A model generated the notes under the pieces. The model did no database searches. It was not told the DNA's origin and worked only from the letters and a program-made list of their open reading frames with translations. Shown piece by piece: positions 61,563-64,000 of a stretch of DNA of 64,000 nt; within the stretch, counting starts at the first letter, position 1, and each line of letters opens with the position of its first letter. The stretch comes from Paraphysomonas bandaiensis (Eukaryota; Protista; Chrysophyceae), in NCBI GenBank assembly GCA_965644295.1, contig CBFFRP010000297.1, positions 992,001 to 1,056,000 on the forward strand, given 5' to 3'. Made by a program: the position numbers and the translations under genes.

Positions 61563-63263
61563 ATGGACAAGTTAATAGTTGAACAATCTTTTGAAAAAGC
61601 AGAAGAGAATGTAAGTGACTTTGTGGAGTGGGATTATTCTAAATTGAGTGATTCACAAACTTCAGGTAATTATTCAAGCAATCAAACAATATTTGAAACT
61701 ACTACACTCAGTAACAATGGTAAAATAAGTGATTACACGGATGGATTTATGTCAATGCCAATGGTTGATGTTGTGACAGGTAAAAATGGTGGGAATGACA
61801 TTGACTTTACAGCAGCGCACATAAAGGAGAGTGATTTGTTATTATGCAGGAAGAATTCAAGTTTAAATATGATAGATTCAGTATCTATTCAATATCAAAA
61901 TCAAGCAGGAATTCAAGAGACAAGAAATATTAATCAATACTTAATCTTTAAACAACATTCAGAAATGTCATTAGATGATGAATATGTAAACGGACCAACA
62001 ATAGGATACGCTAAAGACACATCGGATTCTTGGAGTTATGACGAAGCAAATGGTTTAATGAATAATAACAACGCTTTAAATCATTTAAATGGTATTGATT
62101 ACATCAATAAATGCAATAAAGGAATGTATGAAAGACAACAAGTTTTTAGTAAGGTTGTTGATACTGCCAATGCATCTAAGAGAGATTCAGTGTTGGGTGA
62201 TAATGATAAAATTAACAACATGAATCGTAGTCATGTTGTGAATGTATCAGTGAATGGTTCAAAGTATAAAGCTTACTATTATACTTTGATTATTCGTCTT
62301 AAAGATCTTTCAAGTATATTTGAAAAATGCCCTCCTATGAAAGGTGGTCTTTTCAAAATAACAGTAAATTTTAATCAGTGTATATTTAAAGTAACTAAAA
62401 CAGATAATGACACACTATCATTTTCTCCAGCAGACTTTAACGGAAGAGGAACAAACCCCTTGATGGTTTCAAGTTCTCAATATAAAACTTTGATAGGTGC
62501 AGCCAACAACGAATCAACGGCAGGTAATGTAATTTGTGGAGGATACACTATACCAGATGGAACAGAACTTACAATTAGTTGTAACATAGCAAAACCTCAA
62601 TTTTACCCACATAATACACTTAATGTCACACCTTGTAAGGAGCAGAACTGTTTTCTTCACATTCCTTCTTATGTAATGAAACCTGCACTTCAGAAAAGAT
62701 ATTTAGAGAGTCCACAAAAACAAGTTATATATAACGATGTTGTTTTATTTCAACTTTTCAATAAGACAGGTCAAATTAATGAACTCATCACAAATGGTTT
62801 ATCATATGCTAAGAGAATGATTATTTGTCCTTTCATTAGTTCATCAGGCAATGGAACGAATCAAATTCACCCGTTTCAATCACCTTTTACAACTGAACCC
62901 GCAACCTGTAGTCCTTATACCATTCAAAACCTTCAAGTTAAAGTATCATCAACAAATCTATATCCCAATCAAATCAATTATTCATATGATATGTTTATGA
63001 GAGAGCTTAACGGCAAATATGGTGTAAACTCTAACTTAACGACTGGTTTATGTAGTTCAAGAATCAATTTAAAAGACTTCATTAATACATACGGTTATAT
63101 CGTAGTTGATTTAAAACGCAAACACACTGACGACGAAAGCGTTCCTTTATCTATTCAACTTGAATGCAATATAACAAGTCCTAAGCCTCTTGATTTTAAT
63201 ATCTTCATTGAACAGGAGAAATCATTCGGACTTGATGTAGCAACAGGAAGAAGAGTAGATTAA
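61563..63263 (+). CDS. Major capsid protein, double jelly-roll (Polinton-like virus type)
   Basis: 566 aa beta-rich protein in an ATPase-mCP-MCP context, with NYSSNQTIFE, IRLKDL, SPFTTEPAT and YGYIVVDLKR. Confidence 0.82.
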   Translation: MDKLIVEQSFEKAEENVSDFVEWDYSKLSDSQTSGNYSSNQTIFETTTLSNNGKISDYTDGFMSMPMVDVVTGKNGGNDIDFTAAHIKESDLLLCRKNSSLNMIDSVSIQYQNQAGIQETRNINQYLIFKQHSEMSLDDEYVNGPTIGYAKDTSDSWSYDEANGLMNNNNALNHLNGIDYINKCNKGMYERQQVFSKVVDTANASKRDSVLGDNDKINNMNRSHVVNVSVNGSKYKAYYYTLIIRLKDLSSIFEKCPPMKGGLFKITVNFNQCIFKVTKTDNDTLSFSPADFNGRGTNPLMVSSSQYKTLIGAANNESTAGNVICGGYTIPDGTELTISCNIAKPQFYPHNTLNVTPCKEQNCFLHIPSYVMKPALQKRYLESPQKQVIYNDVVLFQLFNKTGQINELITNGLSYAKRMIICPFISSSGNGTNQIHPFQSPFTTEPATCSPYTIQNLQVKVSSTNLYPNQINYSYDMFMRELNGKYGVNSNLTTGLCSSRINLKDFINTYGYIVVDLKRKHTDDESVPLSIQLECNITSPKPLDFNIFIEQEKSFGLDVATGRRVD

Positions 63264-63330
63264 ACAAAAGTTTTTTAACATGATAATATTTAATATAAAC
63301 TAATTATTATCTCAACATAATATATATATA

Positions 63331-64000
63331 ATGCATCAAGTAAAACTCAATCTATCTGAAGCTCAATTAAGAAAGTTATCAAACAAACACAATATACAAG
63401 TTAGACCTGACCAAATCGGCTTCGGCTTTCCAGTTGCTTTATCTGACAAGAACTTAAAAAAACTTGAAAACTCTTACAACAAGTCAAAAGGAATGCGATT
63501 AACATTAGACGATAATGAAATTGAAGGTGGTAATCTAAAACAAAACATCAAAAAAGCTTTCAATAAGACTAAGAAACAAGTTAAAAAGACATTCAAAGAC
63601 CCAAACTTAGGAAGAAAGATTAAGAACACATCAAGAAAAGTTAAAAACACTGTCAATGATTTTGCTGTTGTTGGTGATTTAGGTATTCCCGTTGTTAGTG
63701 ATTCATATAATCTATTGAATACTACAACCCGTTTAGGTGATAAGTTAGTTAGAAGTGGTGTTGACCATATTGAAGATAGAAAAGATGATAAGAAAAGAAG
63801 TCAATTTGTTGATGATTTCAATGCACTGAGAGAACATGCTAACACTCAATCTTCTGTTCCTCCTCCTCCTCCTCCAACTGAAGGAAGCGGTAATCCTTAT
63901 CTTCCATCAAAGCAAGTAAAGAAAGTTAAAAAGAAACTGACTGGTTCATCATTTAGAACATTAGGTGCTGGAGTAGTAGATTTAGATTACAAAGGAAAGA
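63331..64000 (+). CDS. Partial basic core/internal virion protein (runs off the right edge)
   Basis: Manually translated MHQVKLNLSEAQLRKL...KGMRLTL..IEGG; Lys-rich, with a polyproline run; open to the window end. Confidence 0.7.
   Translation, partial: MHQVKLNLSEAQLRKLSNKHNIQVRPDQIGFGFPVALSDKNLKKLENSYNKSKGMRLTLDDNEIEGGNLKQNIKKAFNKTKKQVKKTFKDPNLGRKIKNTSRKVKNTVNDFAVVGDLGIPVVSDSYNLLNTTTRLGDKLVRSGVDHIEDRKDDKKRSQFVDDFNALREHANTQSSVPPPPPPTEGSGNPYLPSKQVKKVKKKLTGSSFRTLGAGVVDLDYKGK

Larger units (their letters stand above)
54077..64000. mobile_element. Endogenous Polinton-like / virophage-like dsDNA virus (left part; continues past the window)
   Basis: Abrupt switch to AT-rich, intronless, tightly packed ORFs encoding a packaging ATPase and minor and major capsid proteins. 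The left boundary is approximate. Confidence 0.9.

Overview
Eukaryotic nuclear DNA with short GT-AG introns. The gene set (CCDC40, MORN and LRR/EF-hand proteins) points to a flagellated protist, plausibly a stramenopile; this is inference. About 13 host genes are present, mostly in head-to-head pairs whose shared promoter regions often carry (TACA)n or similar microsatellites: S28 peptidase, a RelA/SpoT-like + LRR fusion, an LRR/EF-hand protein, a COPI-associated membrane protein, a CaMK-type kinase, a RING/U-box protein, GLE1-like, a MORN protein, CCDC40, a mitochondrial carrier, a METTL16/RlmF methyltransferase, site-1 protease and pirin. Mobile DNA: (1) a very young Ty1/copia element (22709-27888) with non-canonical TA...TA LTR ends, plus a related solo LTR; (2) a hAT transposon whose 3' half was flipped by a ~1.47 kb inversion ending in the pirin 3' UTR; (3) two small dispersed repeat families; (4) from ~54077 to the right edge, an apparently intact endogenous Polinton-like/virophage-like virus (GIY-YIG nuclease, lectin/fibre-like genes, A32-type packaging ATPase, minor and major capsid proteins, core-like protein) with a hairpin-rich terminus and a shared TCTA/TATATA promoter motif. 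The first ~0.85 kb may be the end of a second viral element. All family assignments come from motifs read by eye; no searches were run.
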